From: Octopus vulgaris | Taxonomy: Eukaryota | Length of the DNA stretch: 64,000 nt | NCBI GenBank assembly: GCA_951406725.2 | Contig: OX597822.1 | Span: 110,360,001-110,424,000, forward strand | Direction: 5' to 3' | Part shown: piece after piece, positions 28,381-41,862 of the stretch | Layout of the letters: each line of letters starts with the position of its first letter | Position numbering within the stretch: the first letter of the stretch is position 1 | Notes under the pieces: model-generated | The model's input: only the letters and a program-made list of their open reading frames with translations | What the model was told of the DNA's origin: nothing | The model's database searches: none | Made by a program: the position numbers and the translations under genes

Positions 28381-28915
28381 TTTTTATCTAGTTTCAGCTC
28401 AAGTGCTGAGGCCATGCTGGAACACCGCCATTTAGTGTTGCTACATAACTTACGTCACTAATTCATTTTAGAAATTGACGTGCATGAGGGTGTCTGATAT
28501 CGCTGCCCTCATCTGCACTTTCCCCTCTGAAGCTGGTTCATCTGAGACACTTGACAGCAAGCGGTCTAGTTTCGTTTTGAAGACACTTAATTCAATCCCA
28601 TGTAGGTCACACAGGTCGTTCGGAAGGATATTGAAGAGATGTAGGTCTTAAAGCCCTGGCTATTACAATATCTTGTCCTGTGTTTTTGGCAACCTTGTTG
28701 ATGGCTCTGGCGTTAAATTTTATCTTTTGTACTGCTGTAACTAGAACTTCTAATATTGTAAGGCAGTCTTTGAACTTGTCAGCAGGATTCGAAGCATCTG
28801 GAGGGCGATATGTAGTACATATAACTACATCGAGTTGTCTTATATGTACAATTAGTATGTCACGTACTGAATTTGAGTGTGACAAATGGACATGAGGCGT
28901 GAGGTTTCACGGACG
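28381..28915 (-). mobile_element. CR1/L2-group LINE relic with endonuclease fused to the ORF2 C-terminus (large internal deletion)
   Basis: ICTTYRPPD..DKFKDCL (APE endonuclease) joined to LFNILPNDL...FKTKLDRLLSSV.DEP...RAAIS; 3' tail ggcggtgttccagcatggcc. Confidence 0.72.
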
Positions 28916-28942
28916 CATATAGAAACTCCATATATATATATA

Positions 28943-29324
28943 CTAGCAGTATCGCCCGGCGTTGCTCGGGTTTGTAAGGAAAATAACTATAACGCATTTT
29001 TAGAGAGTTATAGCCAAAAAATAGCAAAAAAATGGGGAAAAAATGATGGTAAATTTTTTTTGAGAATTAAAAAGGTCGAGTTGCGTCCCCTAGACAGTCT
29101 GTGGTTTGTGTTTCAGATTCTCGACCCCATGTTGAATTTATCGATTTTTTTCAGAACTGGGGGAACTTTTCAAAATTTTCGCTGCGTTAGTTTTGAATTA
29201 TGACATTGGGCTATGTGTGTGTCAAGTTTCATCAGAATCGGTTGAAAGCCATGGTCAGGGTGAGGGTACAACCTAACAGACACACAGACACGCACACACA
29301 GACAAACTGCCGTTTATATAGAGA
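28943..29324 (-). mobile_element. Non-autonomous Helitron, variant interior
   Basis: Same 3' hairpin and CTAG end as 5199-5596, different 5' two-thirds. Confidence 0.8.
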
Positions 29325-29423
29325 TAGATATATATGTATACACATACACACACATATATATATATACACGCACACACACACACAAACACACGCGCTCGCA
29401 CACACACGTACACACACACACAT

Positions 29424-29498
<75 letters not shown>

Positions 29499-29501
<3 letters not shown>

Positions 29502-29793
29502 AGGCGCAATGGCCCAGTGGTTACGGCAGCGGACTCGCGGTCGTAGGATCACAGTTTCGATTCCCAGACCGGGCGTTGTGAGTGTTTATTGAGCGAAAAC
29601 ACCTAAAAGCTCCACGACACTCCGGCATGGGGGGGGGTGATCCTTGCTGTACTCTTTGACCACTCTTTCTCTCACTCTTTCGTCTGTTGGCCTGCTCGCT
29701 TAGCCAGCGGGGTGGCGCCATTCGAAGGCTAAAACAATGCGAACGCATTGTGACCAGCGATGTGTTACAACCTCTGACGGTCTGGTCGGTCAC
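29499..29793 (+). mobile_element. SINE family B
   Basis: Matches 24117-24424. Confidence 0.92.
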
Positions 29794-31607
29794 ATACTGG
29801 ACGTGTTTTTCATTGCTCTGTTTATTAAGTACCTGAAGAAACAGAAACCATCTCAACTCAAACATCTCTAAATTTTAATACCGAAGAAATCAACAGAAGA
29901 TGAATTTTGACTCCATAATGCCTGCAATAACCTGTGGAAAATCAAATGATTTCTCACGAGACTGTATAAATTTCTCCTGTGATTCTATTGAACATTTACG
30001 CACGTACAGATGCATCTTGCGATTTTAATAAATTCACAGAGCACTCAGAATTTACGAACGCACTTTTGAATTTTCACCCATATATCTCTGTTGAAAACTC
30101 TCCATTTAAAACCAACGGCCACATATACAAGAGTATACGTATCAAACTATCACAGAATTTCGCGAAACTCAAACACCTTTCACTTTCGAACGACAAAGTT
30201 CCTCATCAAATCAAAAAGTTCTGCTCTATTCATACCCATATCATTAACATATTTTATCTTCAAGCATCCGTAAATATTTATTTAAAATACAAATGCAATT
30301 TATACTAATTCTTCAAATTTGTAGCATACGTTTCTACACAACTAAACACTAACGCAAAAAGTAAATCAATAATTAACAAACAAATATATTATATAAAACC
30401 AAAAAAAACTCTAAGATGACTATTCAACAACAAAAATCTAAAGAAAATTGGCCTGAGAATGAAATATACCTCATAAATTCATGGTACTGTCTTGCCCAAA
30501 CGGAGAACATAGACACATCATGCTGCGACCTAATAGCCAGACGTAGAATTCAACTTTTCAGAAATCGCTCTGAGAAGCAGATTCAAAGCAAACTTAAACA
30601 AATTGAAATGGCATTTAAATTAATTGACATTTTGAAAAAAATTCCAGCGTGTTTTCTCTTCAAATATTTGTCAACAGCCACAACAACAACAACAGCAACT
30701 AAAACAACAACGATGGCAACAAGAGTAACCATCTCGGCAACAACAAGAGCCACCACAGCAACAATAACAACAACCATCAGAGCAACAACAACGACCACCT
30801 CAGCAAAATCAACAATCACCACAGTAACAACAGCCACAGCAGGAACAACTGACCCTGCTTCGACTTTTAACACTCCTTAATTCAACCACAATTGATGACC
30901 TACATAATGAAACGGTCAATTTCTCAGATTCCAGCTGTTCTCGGCCCATTCGACCAGTTTGTTACCAACCCATGAAATCTTCAACAGCAGGAACAATTAC
31001 AGTAACAAGAACCACAACAGCAACATCACAAACAAAAGCTAAAACAGCAACAGGTACAGCTTCAAACTACTGCGATCCCATTTTGTGATCAACCAGCTAA
31101 ATGCTTACTTGAAGACCCCTTAATGAATTTGCCAAACACAAATGTACTAAAATTAGAATCTCTGCCTCTCACAAAACCCCAAAATATGCGGCTATTCACT
31201 ACGCAAGAGACTGTGCACTGACACTGATAGTAAATCCAATCATTAACCAAGGACTAGATGCTCAATTCCGACTCACAACAATCGCTACCACCAAAGTGAA
31301 CAATCTAAAACAATGCCACTACCACCACCGCCACGACCCTCATCAAATACTAAATCAAATTTTAAAAAAAACCCACTCATGTTACACGGAACCCTTGAGT
31401 CTGCCGCTGTTCCCAGCGTAAAAGATTATGTCTACAGCATAATTTTCCATTTACCCATCTCCTGGGGGACTCGTCGCACGAATAAAAATATAAACGGGAC
31501 CCCTAACCAATACAAAACCCACAACCACAAACATTTTCAGTTCTCCAAACAATTCTTTTTTAGCCGTAATGAATCTGGCAAAAAGAGCTACAAAAAACAC
31601 AATACCC

Positions 31608-31940
31608 CACCACCACCACCACCACCACCACCACCACCACCACCTACAACACCACCGCCACCACCACCACCACCACTACCTTCACCACCACCACCGCCAC
31701 CAATGCCACCACCACCAATGCCGCCACCACAACCGCCACCACAACCGCCACCACCACCACCACAGCCACCACCACCATCGCCACCACTACCACTACCACT
31801 ACCACCGCCACTACCCTCACCACCACCACCAACAACAACAACATCGCCACCACTACCACCGCCGCCACCACAACCGCCACCACCACCACCGCCACCATCA
31901 CCACTAACACCACCATTACCCTCACCACCACCACCACCCT
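31608..31940. repeat. (CCA)n-rich degenerate trinucleotide repeat
   Basis: Direct reading. Confidence 0.93.
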
Positions 31941-32019
31941 ATTGAACAAACCCCCATGGCTTCCGTTGCCTTAAATGTACCCTAAACACACGTGCGCGTG
32001 CGCACGCATTCACGCAGAT

Positions 32020-32660
32020 TTACAAGGTGCATCAGGTTTATGCGGTCATTGGTATCACTTCAGAATTGCTCATCATAGAAAAGCTGTACTTGAAAAAAAA
32101 TTGGTACAAATGATCTCGAGAATACTTTCGTCACACCTATTTATTGAAGCGATCTTCAGCATCAATGGCTTTTTCAGTGCGGAATCGGAAACGTTGACAT
32201 GCCCAAATCAGAAAAATATTATCAATGCTGGACATAGTGCTGGTTATTAAGGGATTCACAGATTGAATTATATCATGGTGATTTTGATTGACCACTCTCT
32301 CAATTACATCCCTTACGTAATATCCGGTGATCTAGGAGGCGAGGCTGTGTGTCTGTGGGGACATGATCATGGAGATTCGCATGCTCTCATGCTCGGGTTG
32401 TTCTAGTCTTATGAGACGGCACAGTCTTGTTGAAAGACGTGCGGTCCACAATTGCGTATTCTGTCTCTCTAGGGCCTTACAACTTGTTTCGATACTTCTC
32501 TGTAGACAGCGGTATTGGCTCTTAAGCCCAGTGAAGAACCGTGAGAAGTTATGACATCATCCTCTTTGCTGACGACTCCCAAAACAATCACAGTTGCTGG
32601 GAACCTAGCATGCATGACCCTTGGAACCTCATTCGGAGGTCTCTGCTTAACCATCTGTCG
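32020..32660 (-). mobile_element. Decayed Tc1/mariner (DD37D/maT-like) transposase fragment
   Basis: VPRVMHARFPATVIVLGVVSKEDDV, GLRANTAVY.EV..QVVRP, FQQD, C-terminal FRFRTEKAIDAEDRF. Confidence 0.7.
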
Positions 32661-33144
32661 TTCCTTTGGTTTACCGTCTGGACCTGATCAAAGTTTTTCT
32701 CATCGGAGAAAAACCAAAGCATTCCAGCCTCTCTGTGTTTTAACTTATTTAGAATGCGCTTTTCCACAGATCGAACGATTCTTTCTTGTCACATCCAACA
32801 TAAACCAACCCCTTCGAATCAAATACGACTTGTATCAGATGTATTCACACACAACTTTTTCTGATGGTACATTCTGAAACCTTGAAGTCCTTTGCAATGG
32901 CTCTGATTAACTTTCCGGGGTTTTATAGATTATTTCTTTGACTTATCTTGCACAGTTTTGTGTTCTGATGGTATTAGGATTCTGTGAATGCATTTTACGT
33001 TTAGCTGCTGAGATTGGATTGGCGTCAGCAGCTTCCTCCTCCCTTCGAACTTTGAGAACTAAAGTTTCAGGCAATTTTCAGGAGACTAGTTATCTCTGTG
33101 TCACTAGGCAGCGCATTTAAGGCAAAGGTTGCTGCGTGCTTTTA

Positions 33145-33375
33145 AGGCGGCGAGCTGGCAGAAACGTTAGCACGCCGGGTGAAATGCTTAGCAGTATTTC
33201 GTCAGCCGCTACGTTCTGAGTTCAAATTCCGCCGAGGTCGACTTTGCCTTTCATCCTTTCAGGGTCGATTAAATAAGTACCAGTTACGCACTGGGGTCGA
33301 TATAATCGACTTAATCCGTTTGTCTGTCATTGTTTTTCCTCTCTGTGTTTATCCCCTTGTGGGTAGTAAAGAAAT
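33145..33375 (+). mobile_element. SINE family A, full length
   Basis: Consensus match; 17-bp TSD ggttgctgcgtgctttt. Confidence 0.95.
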
Positions 33376-33899
33376 TGGTTGCTGCGTGCTTTTTGCTGAG
33401 TCAACTTTCTGTTGAGTCAACCTGATATCTGACATTTATTATTTGAAAAGTAAGGTTAAAAAAATAAGTTGGATGTTAGAGCTCTTGAAAGAAGTGTCCC
33501 CGAAGAAACTGAAGCACCTTGAATATTAAATGATGTATAACTACACCTTCTTGCATGTGTTATATAATTACACTTGTATTATATGCATCTAAAAATGCTG
33601 CATTAGCTGCACCAATGTATCGTCAGAAATCTTTTTACATATTCAAAATGTTATTACAGCTTATATTAAATTCTCAGATTATTAGATATTTCTAAAATAT
33701 GAACTCCTCGAAGGCATAACACATTAACCACAATAGACATTATGTGCATGACTCAGGTTAAAAGTCACGCCCCTATGCTTATAACAGATATTCACAGATC
33801 TACTATATTATAGATATATCTCAATCTAAGTACGCATATTTCCTATTTTCCTCAGTGTCTAGAAGGCTGTTTGCTTTAATCAATATATTTATTTAATCT

Positions 33900-35720
33900 A
33901 AGTCACTCCGTTTTGGCAGTGGTGTTGGATGTTTTCCATATAATAGATTCAACTGATAAGTTTTGTCCCTGTCGACAATTCTGTTCATACAGTCTTACTT
34001 GTTATGACTTCATTCTTTCTTATTGTTTTGCTGAATTTAACTTGTGGAGGAGGTTTTTATATTTCAGAAATACTTCACCTTTTATCTCTGTAGGTGTCTG
34101 AGCTATCAATCTCGAATTACGAGTATAATCCACGAAAAGTTTGAGAGAATTTTAAAGCCAATCGATTATAAGACCATTATTGATAAATTTCACGTTGTTA
34201 TCATGTAAGAAATAATCTAATAAATAAAATACCGGACTGCCCGTATCTAAATGAGTTTATTACTTGGCGGTTAGCATTGTATAGTAAATAGTAAGCTCCT
34301 TATAAGTGAAAGCAGTAATCGGGTTTCAATTCATGGTTATAAGCTCTGCAGTATATTTACACTCCAAAAAATAGTGTTTAAATATTTACACACAAAAAAA
34401 AAACACCACAAAGCATTAAGCCATCCCTTGTATTACCACTTATTAATTTAATGTTGAATGACACATGATGTTATTCGACGTGCCTTCTCGTGATAAGCGC
34501 TTCACTTAAGGTATCTGCCTGGTCTGCCTGTAAATGTTCATTGGACGGGACAAGAAAAGAACCCATGATCTTGACAAAGCCCTTATTGGTTACTCACCTC
34601 TTTTCATACGCTTGTTCAATGAATCAGGCGGAAACCGATCCATGTAGACAAAATGCCGCAAGGATTTAGCACTTTTAGCTACTGACAAATTATGGGAGTT
34701 TATTTATGGGTTAAAAGTTTCATAAGTTTAGAATTTTTATCTAGTATTGCTATTAAGGCCAGAGCAGGTGTGGAGGCAAGGCGCCATTGCAATGGGTTGC
34801 TACATTCACCATTTGTCGGTATAATCCCGAGGCCTGCCGAGCAACCCATTGAGTCCCACTCAGTTTCCATCTCTGCGAGACATTTCCTCATCTGCAGTGA
34901 CCGCCTGGCATCTGGTTGACCAACACGAGTCGTCCATCCAGCCGGATCTTCGGGGGAAGAGAACATAGTAAGCAATATCTTAATCAGAAAATTGAGCAAC
35001 ACGGCCAAAAAGCATAAGCTGGCGCTCTCGAATCTCGGATAGGACGCTTCTCAGTTTCTGGATAGAGTCGTTAGTTGGATACGGAATCTGAAAAGTGGTA
35101 ACCCATTATCCTATGAAGAGCTCTTGTGCGAAAGGATTGCAAATGAAAATAAATATATGAATGAAAATAAATATCTAAAGAAACGTGCATTATTATAATT
35201 CTAGAGAGTCAAAAATACGAATTCTTTATTCCCAGGGAATATCTTAAAATTAATGTGATAAAAAGATTAAAAGTTGTGCAATTCAGACAAATATAATACA
35301 TTTACAAGACATCGAAGCTCACTTAAATCAAGAAAGTCCTCTAAGTAATTGTGTTACAACACTAAGACTGAGAATTTAAGCAAGCCACTTTTAAAAACGA
35401 CTTAGTAACATTGTCTGAATGAGTGGCCGTAGACAGAGCAAGGCGCCTCTTTCAGAATATTGTTCACTAGAAATTTAAAGTAACCTTTCAGAAAATCAAA
35501 AGTGTAAACTTAGAAATGAGCCACAGATATCGGAGACTGAACACAAGAAATGAATTTAACGGGGCTAAATCTTTCGGAAATCGGTTGAACGGAGGAAAAT
35601 TTTCTGAGCTAAATGTATCTATTAGATTTATACTTAAAGTGTTTATCGGACGTATTATATCAACAGTCGTTTTATTAATCAATTCAAATTATGTTTTAGG
35701 AGCTTGTTTAATAAAATAAA
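33900..35720 (-). pseudogene. Decayed LRR relic
   Basis: NTLSINLIDTFSSENF and SLRYLWL (35488-35682 ORF); EIKGEVFLKYKNLLHKLN (~34035-34088). Confidence 0.35.
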
Positions 35721-35850
35721 TTGTATTCGCAAAAAATTAATTACTTTTAAACATTTTAATACATTTTATTGGTACTTCTGGTGCTTCTATGGTATTAGTC
35801 TAATTGAATTCATTGCAAAATTGATAACAATGGCAAATATTTAAGCACAA

Positions 35851-35898
<48 letters not shown>

Positions 35899-35912
35899 CA
35901 TATATATGTATT

Positions 35913-35944
<32 letters not shown>

Positions 35945-35971
35945 GTGTGTGTGTGTGTAATACATATATAT

Positions 35972-36027
<56 letters not shown>

Positions 36028-36028
<1 letters not shown>

Positions 36029-36325
36029 AGGCGCAATGGCCCAGTGGTTAGTGCAGCGGACTTGTGGTCGTAGGATCGTGGTTTCGATTCCCAGACCGGG
36101 CATTGTGAGTGTTTATTGAGCGAAAACACCTAAAGCTCCACGTTGCTCCGGCAGGGGGGGGATCCCTGCTGTACTCTTTCGCCACAACTTTCTCTCACTC
36201 TTTCTTCTGTTGGCCTGCTCGCTTAGCCAAGCAGGGTGGCGTCACTAGAAGGCTAAAACAATGCGAAGCGGATTTTGACCAGGGATGTGTAGCAACATCC
36301 GATAGCCTGGTCGGTCACTGTCAAG
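36028..36325 (+). mobile_element. SINE family B
   Basis: Matches 24117-24424. Confidence 0.9.
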
Positions 36326-36335
36326 GTGATATATA

Positions 36336-36383
<48 letters not shown>

Positions 36384-36570
36384 TATATAAAACTATAAAT
36401 AAGGGTATCTGAGAGATACCACCATTCCGAAAACCCTGACCATAAAAACCACCTTAAAATTTCATATCGCAGCATGAGATAAGACAGAGCGACAAAATAA
36501 ACTAGCAAAAAAAATTTACTGGATAATTCAAGATCGTGGATTTCTGGCTATGCTTCAGATGGGCACATAA

Positions 36571-36615
<45 letters not shown>

Positions 36616-36909
36616 GAACATAAGTTATACTTACATATACGAACGTCCATACATACATATACATGCACGTATGTACAAAACCAGTCCAAATTGCCCGCCA
36701 AACACCTCACAAGCGCGATATAGTCAAAATTAAATACCGCAGTGAATACAGTGACGAATTATATAAATTTATAAATAAGGATAATATCGATCACATCAAG
36801 TGGCCAGCATGGGAATAAATACCATACAAAGGTAATAATTATTTAAAACTATAAATAAGTGTATCTGAAAGATACCACCATGCCGAAATAGCAGTCAAAA
36901 CACTGACCC

Positions 36910-37125
36910 TAAAGAGCGTCGGCTAATAACTCCAAGATTCCGAGTTCGATTCCAGGCTGTGACCTGTATAATAACATCGAAAAATACGCAGGTTCGAAAT
37001 TTCCCCAAGACACATGATGAAGGCTGGAGGGTATATCAGCCGAAACGTTGTGTAAACAACAAACAAGATGAGAACAAATATCCGTCGATTGTAAATAATG
37101 TACATAATGTAGATAATTCCTCACC
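36910..37125 (+). mobile_element. Solo tRNA-like + hammerhead module (Penelope pLTR-derived)
   Basis: B box gagttcgattcc, then aTGATGA-a-ggctg..cagcc-GAAA-cgtt-gtgt (37009-37053); same tail as the 19.0 kb copy. Confidence 0.8.
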
Positions 37126-38384
37126 TGCACTCCTACTAAGTTTTCAATAAGTCCCCTTGTAGTGTCAACTTACTTCTTCGTGAACTGGATCTTTGAAAAG
37201 TGATGTGGCGCCTCCAAGGACACTGAAGGTTCTGTTGGCACTAGAAACCATCTCAGACAAGCTTATGTTCTGTTAGAATTCTTCAATGAGTAAAGTATAA
37301 GCATAGATTAGGTCTGTCAGTGTCTTTAATCTTATGGATTTAGTATAAGAAAATATTCATAACCCTCATGATTTCATGTTTCTGAAGAACTAATATTCTT
37401 ATGTATGTGTTGATGTTTTTAAATAACTGATTTAACGTTTCCTGGAAAGAAATATTCGTTTCCTGGAAAGAAAATCAAAACAAAAAACAGTATTGTTATT
37501 ACTTTATTCGGAGAAGTAATTATATAAATTACGTCAAAGAAATAAAATTCAAGGAAGTCTACGTTAAGAAAATTGAGAATATATTTTCGCAAAGCAAGAT
37601 TAATTGGAATAAATTTCGATTTCCTTTAATATATCGAAGCAAAACAGAATGCTTTGAGCCAAAAAAAAAAAAAAAAAATGTCTGTCGTAGCAGTCATTAA
37701 GAAAAACAAAACAATGGAATTTAATTAAATAGGCAATAGAATAGTCATTCTCGATCTGCGAAAGTTTGAATTTTTCAAACTCATGAGGAAGAATTCATGT
37801 AAAGTGGTATTTTATAAACATAATAAATACGTCTGAAGTGGAAAATAATTTGTCTGTAGCCTCAGACCATAGAAGATATAACGTAAACTACTCGAGATAT
37901 TATATCGGTTTCAAGTTTTGGCACGAGACCAGCAATTTCGAGCGAGTAGTTAAGACGATTACAAGGATCCTAATACTCAATTGGGATTTATTTCATCGAG
38001 CCCAAAATGATGAAAGGTAAAGTGGAACACGGGGGGATTCGAACTCAGAACGTAGAGACGGACAAAAGGCCGTTAAGCAGTTTGCTCATCCTGCTAATGG
38101 TTTTGTCCGATCGTAGCCTTACTCGTGAATGTATTAGGATGCAATACTTGATAAGTCGCTTATATTCTTGAAACTAGGAACAGCGTCGATTGTATATCCT
38201 TTCGTTCAAATAAAAGAAAGTGAAGGTCTTGTGAAAATAAAGACATGGTGAATGGGATCCTTGGTCCCGTATGTTTTTCGAGTTGTTTCTCCAATCTCAT
38301 TATTTAGCCATTTACTCAGTGGAGATACATCCCATTCTAATATGCTGTTTGAGGCAGTTTGACAGTGTGGACGGCGGAGTTGAG

Positions 38385-38549
38385 GGGAGTAAACAATGAC
38401 AGACGAAGGGAATGAGTCGATTATATCGACCCCGAAAGGATGAAAGGCAAAGTTGACCCCGGCGGAATTTGAACTCAGAACGTAACGACAGACGAAATAC
38501 CGCTAAGCATTTCGCCCGGCGCGCTAACGTTTCTGCCAGCTCACCGCCT
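38385..38549 (-). mobile_element. SINE family A with internal deletion (a second degenerate copy lies at ~37905-38120)
   Basis: Consensus match; the segment between the two tcgacccc repeats is missing. Confidence 0.85.
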
Positions 38550-38617
38550 TAGATATAAATATGAATATATAAATACATGCGTACATGCATACATATGTAC
38601 ATACATTACATACATAC

Positions 38618-38673
<56 letters not shown>

Positions 38674-38813
38674 CGTCATTATAAGTAAGTGATAATGTGG
38701 AGGTTGTAACACAAACTAAGCAAAAACAAGTAGCCATTTCCCTTTGCAAGTGCAAAATTCGGGTTGAATTTCACGCGCAGCAAATCAGAGAAGAGACGGA
38801 AGAAGTAAAAAGA

Positions 38814-38856
<43 letters not shown>

Positions 38857-38959
38857 GAGACTAGAAGCGGGAAGAAAGGATGGTGTCTGTTAATTCAAGA
38901 AATGTGTACCTTATTAAAAGAATTTCGAACTTTGAACACTGGATTTTTTCTACTTCCTG

Positions 38960-39275
38960 AAGCCATTTGACAGCGGCCACGTTAAAGAACCGTCTTTTTA
39001 GTCGAATGAATTGAGTTCTGTGCTTATTCTTTTCTAAAAGCCTGATAACTGTTCCAAGGATTTCATTTGCCGAACCGCTAGTTACAGGGGACCGATAAGT
39101 TACAGGGAGGGAGAAACATAGTCACAAGTATACGCACATACATTAATAAGACAGCCTTCTTTCAGTTTTCCACTCACAGGGTTAAAGTTCAAATCCACTC
39201 ACAAGGCATAAGTTCAAGGCTAAAGTAGAAGACACTTGTTCGAGGTGACACGCAGCGGCACTGAGTCCAAACGTC
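38960..39275 (-). mobile_element. SINE family D, degenerate
   Basis: Reverse similarity to 50631-51020 (aatccactcacaaggc, agtagaagacactt, gccgaaccgct). Confidence 0.65.
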
Positions 39276-39869
39276 TTACTACTGATCCACTCCTACATCT
39301 TTAATTAATAGAATACTTTCTAATAAGGCCTTTGATTGAATAGTTACCAATAAGGCCGTATCTGTATAGCGGCTCTCAAAGCATACGGTCCTCTTTTTTA
39401 ATTAAATGATTTTATTACAAAAATATCAGAAATTTGTTAATTCGAGATGTTGGACTAATCTGTTTTGGAAGTTATCGTTGTTGTTGTGTAGCCCGAAGTC
39501 AAGCCTAACTGAGTAGATCTATGATTAAATATATTCCATTTATAACCATCCTGTCGGCATGGATTATTAGGAATACATTATCCAACATTTCTTAACTATT
39601 TCGAAACTGCATGGTGGAATTCAAGGGAGGCGCAGCTAATTATTTTTAGTATATCGTATGATAATATAGGGTGTCACTCGTAAGCTTGAAGTAATGTTGT
39701 AAAGTGCCGAAGTTGCAATCTGAGTGAAAGAGTAATCCTTTGTAGATACGTTGTTAACATTTGATAAATGAAAATATGTTAACCTCATTCTTTTTTCTTG
39801 TCAAACAATTCGATCATAGCAGAAATCGTTATTGAAAAACAACTGAAACAAAATTAAATCATTTCATAA

Positions 39870-40620
39870 TAAAATTAATCGCTCCAATATAAACTAATCA
39901 ATCAAGTATCAAATTAATTACTCAAATTCAAAATTCAGTACTCCAGCATAAAATTATTCACACAAGTAGAAAATTAGAAACTCCAGTATGAAATTGCTTA
40001 TTCAAGTATAAATTATTTACTCCATTAGAAATGTATCATCACCGTGTAAACTGATCACTCCAGTATGAAATCAATCAGTCGAACATCAGACTAGTCACCC
40101 CAATGTAAAACCAATCACTTCAATATAAAATCTAAATCTCCAGTATAAACCAACAGACCCATTATAAAATCAATCATTCTAATATGAAATCAATCTCTCC
40201 AGTATAAGGCATTGTTTCCAGTATGTAAATAAACACCGCAATTTTGAACAAATCACTCCGATGTAAAATCGATAATTCGAACATACAATCAATCACACAA
40301 CTATCACTCAAACTCTATCGCTCCAGTATGGAATCAATCACCCCATTATAAAATCAGTTACCCCGATATAAAACCAGTACCCCTAATGTGAAATTAATCA
40401 ATTCAATATGAAATCAATGACTCCAATATGAAATCAATCACGTCAATATGAAATCAATATTTCCATTATATAATCAATTATAATATTACTCATTCCAATA
40501 TAAACAATCATTCCAATATACAATCAATCACTCCTATACAGAATCAATTGTTTCTGTATAAAATTACTCATTCCAATATAAGATTATTTACTCATGATAA
40601 AATCGATATCTCCAATATAA
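39870..40620. repeat. Degenerate ~20-bp minisatellite (aaatcaatcactccaatat[ga])
   Basis: Recurrent units, e.g. atgaaatcaatgactccaat atgaaatcaatcacgtcaat. Confidence 0.85.
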
Positions 40621-40870
40621 ACTTAAAATAATGACTTAAGGAATCGCTAGACAATAATAGATAATCCAGGGAATTAATTTTTTTAATATTGCTGTCACAA
40701 ACAAGTTTAGTAATCGAATGGTAGAAGGGAATCTCACGAAATTATTATTGTTTTCTGTTAGATAAAATATTGATGTCACAATTGATATACGTTCGGTAAA
40801 TTTATTAGTGAATAAATTAAAACTAATTACAGAAAGGACACTGAATCACAGAGAAATTATATAGGAAAAT

Positions 40871-40902
<32 letters not shown>

Positions 40903-41009
40903 GGAGGCACGTCTCAGACTTTACTTTTTTCCCGACAAAACTGACGCCACAGGAAAAACCCAGTCGGCGGAAAGCGACACCATTCCTCTTGTGCATGCGG
41001 GAAAATTTG

Positions 41010-41470
41010 CCCATGGGCAATTATGGAGTGAACTTTTAGGGCTTATAAATCTAATATTTTCCTATCCCTCCTTAATACCGGTTCCCATATGCTGCTCATA
41101 TCTGCATTCAGTCTGCTAAGGAGGTTGTTGTGTCCTATCATATGTGCTGCTTCTTTTAGTTTTCGTATTTTCCAGCGGTATTCTCTGTCTATTATTTTAA
41201 CTTCATCCCACCGAGAGAAGTGGTCTCCGTTTTTCCATACATGATCAGCTATACTCGATTTATCAATGTCTCCTCGTGTCAGAGATTTGGGATGTTCCTC
41301 TACCCTTATTTTGAGGGGCGGCATGTTTCGACTTTGTATAACCTACCACAGCTGTATGGGAAGGAATACACGCAGTCTTGAATCACATTCTCTTCTATTG
41401 GTGGTTTTATTCGAAGCAAATATTTGCGAAGTGTTATATTATTCTTGAAGTCTATTGTGATGTTTGTATC
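41010..41470 (-). mobile_element. Penelope-like GIY-YIG endonuclease fragment
   Basis: CVYSFPYSCGRLYKVETCRP/LKIRVEEH...SSIADH.W...H...W..VKII......RKLKEA. Confidence 0.88.
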
Positions 41471-41647
41471 GTTTCCATATCTCGTCCTCAGTTCTGATCT
41501 GCATGCATAACCGAGGTCTTTAATTCTTACTGGACCATTCAATACCTTACTATGGACTTAACCCTTTTACTTCCATATTTCTGTTGAAATACAGCGTCTT
41601 TCTTCCAATTCATTTAGAAAATAACGAAGGATTTACTAAAATCTTGT

Positions 41648-41862
41648 AGGACGGTGAGCTGACAGAATCGTTTGCACGCCGGGCAAAATGCTTGGCGAAA
41701 TTTCGTCTGTCTTTACGTTCTGAGTTCAAATACCGCCGAGGTCGACTGTACCGTCCCTTTTTGAGATCGATAAAATAAGTACCAGTTAAACACTGGGATC
41801 GATGTAATCGACTTACAACCTCCCTGAAAGTGCTGGCATTGTGCCAAAATTTGGACCCAATA
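41648..41862 (+). mobile_element. SINE family A, older-tail variant
   Basis: Same head/core, tail ..gctggcattgtgccaaaattt instead of the Tx1-type tail. Confidence 0.82.

Noticed and set aside
31313-31945. Formin/extensin-like proline-rich protein
   Set aside because: Explained by a (CCA)n repeat open in several frames; no flanking domain.
34500-35110. GC-richer segment with a 102-aa minus-strand ORF
   Set aside because: No recognisable motif beyond a weak RT-like IAM..PALA; left unassigned.
36390-36910. ~50-bp direct repeat (aaaactataaataag.gtatctga.agataccacca) as an LTR pair or ribozyme
   Set aside because: No TG..CA ends, no TSD and no valid hammerhead core; probably fragments of another short repeat.
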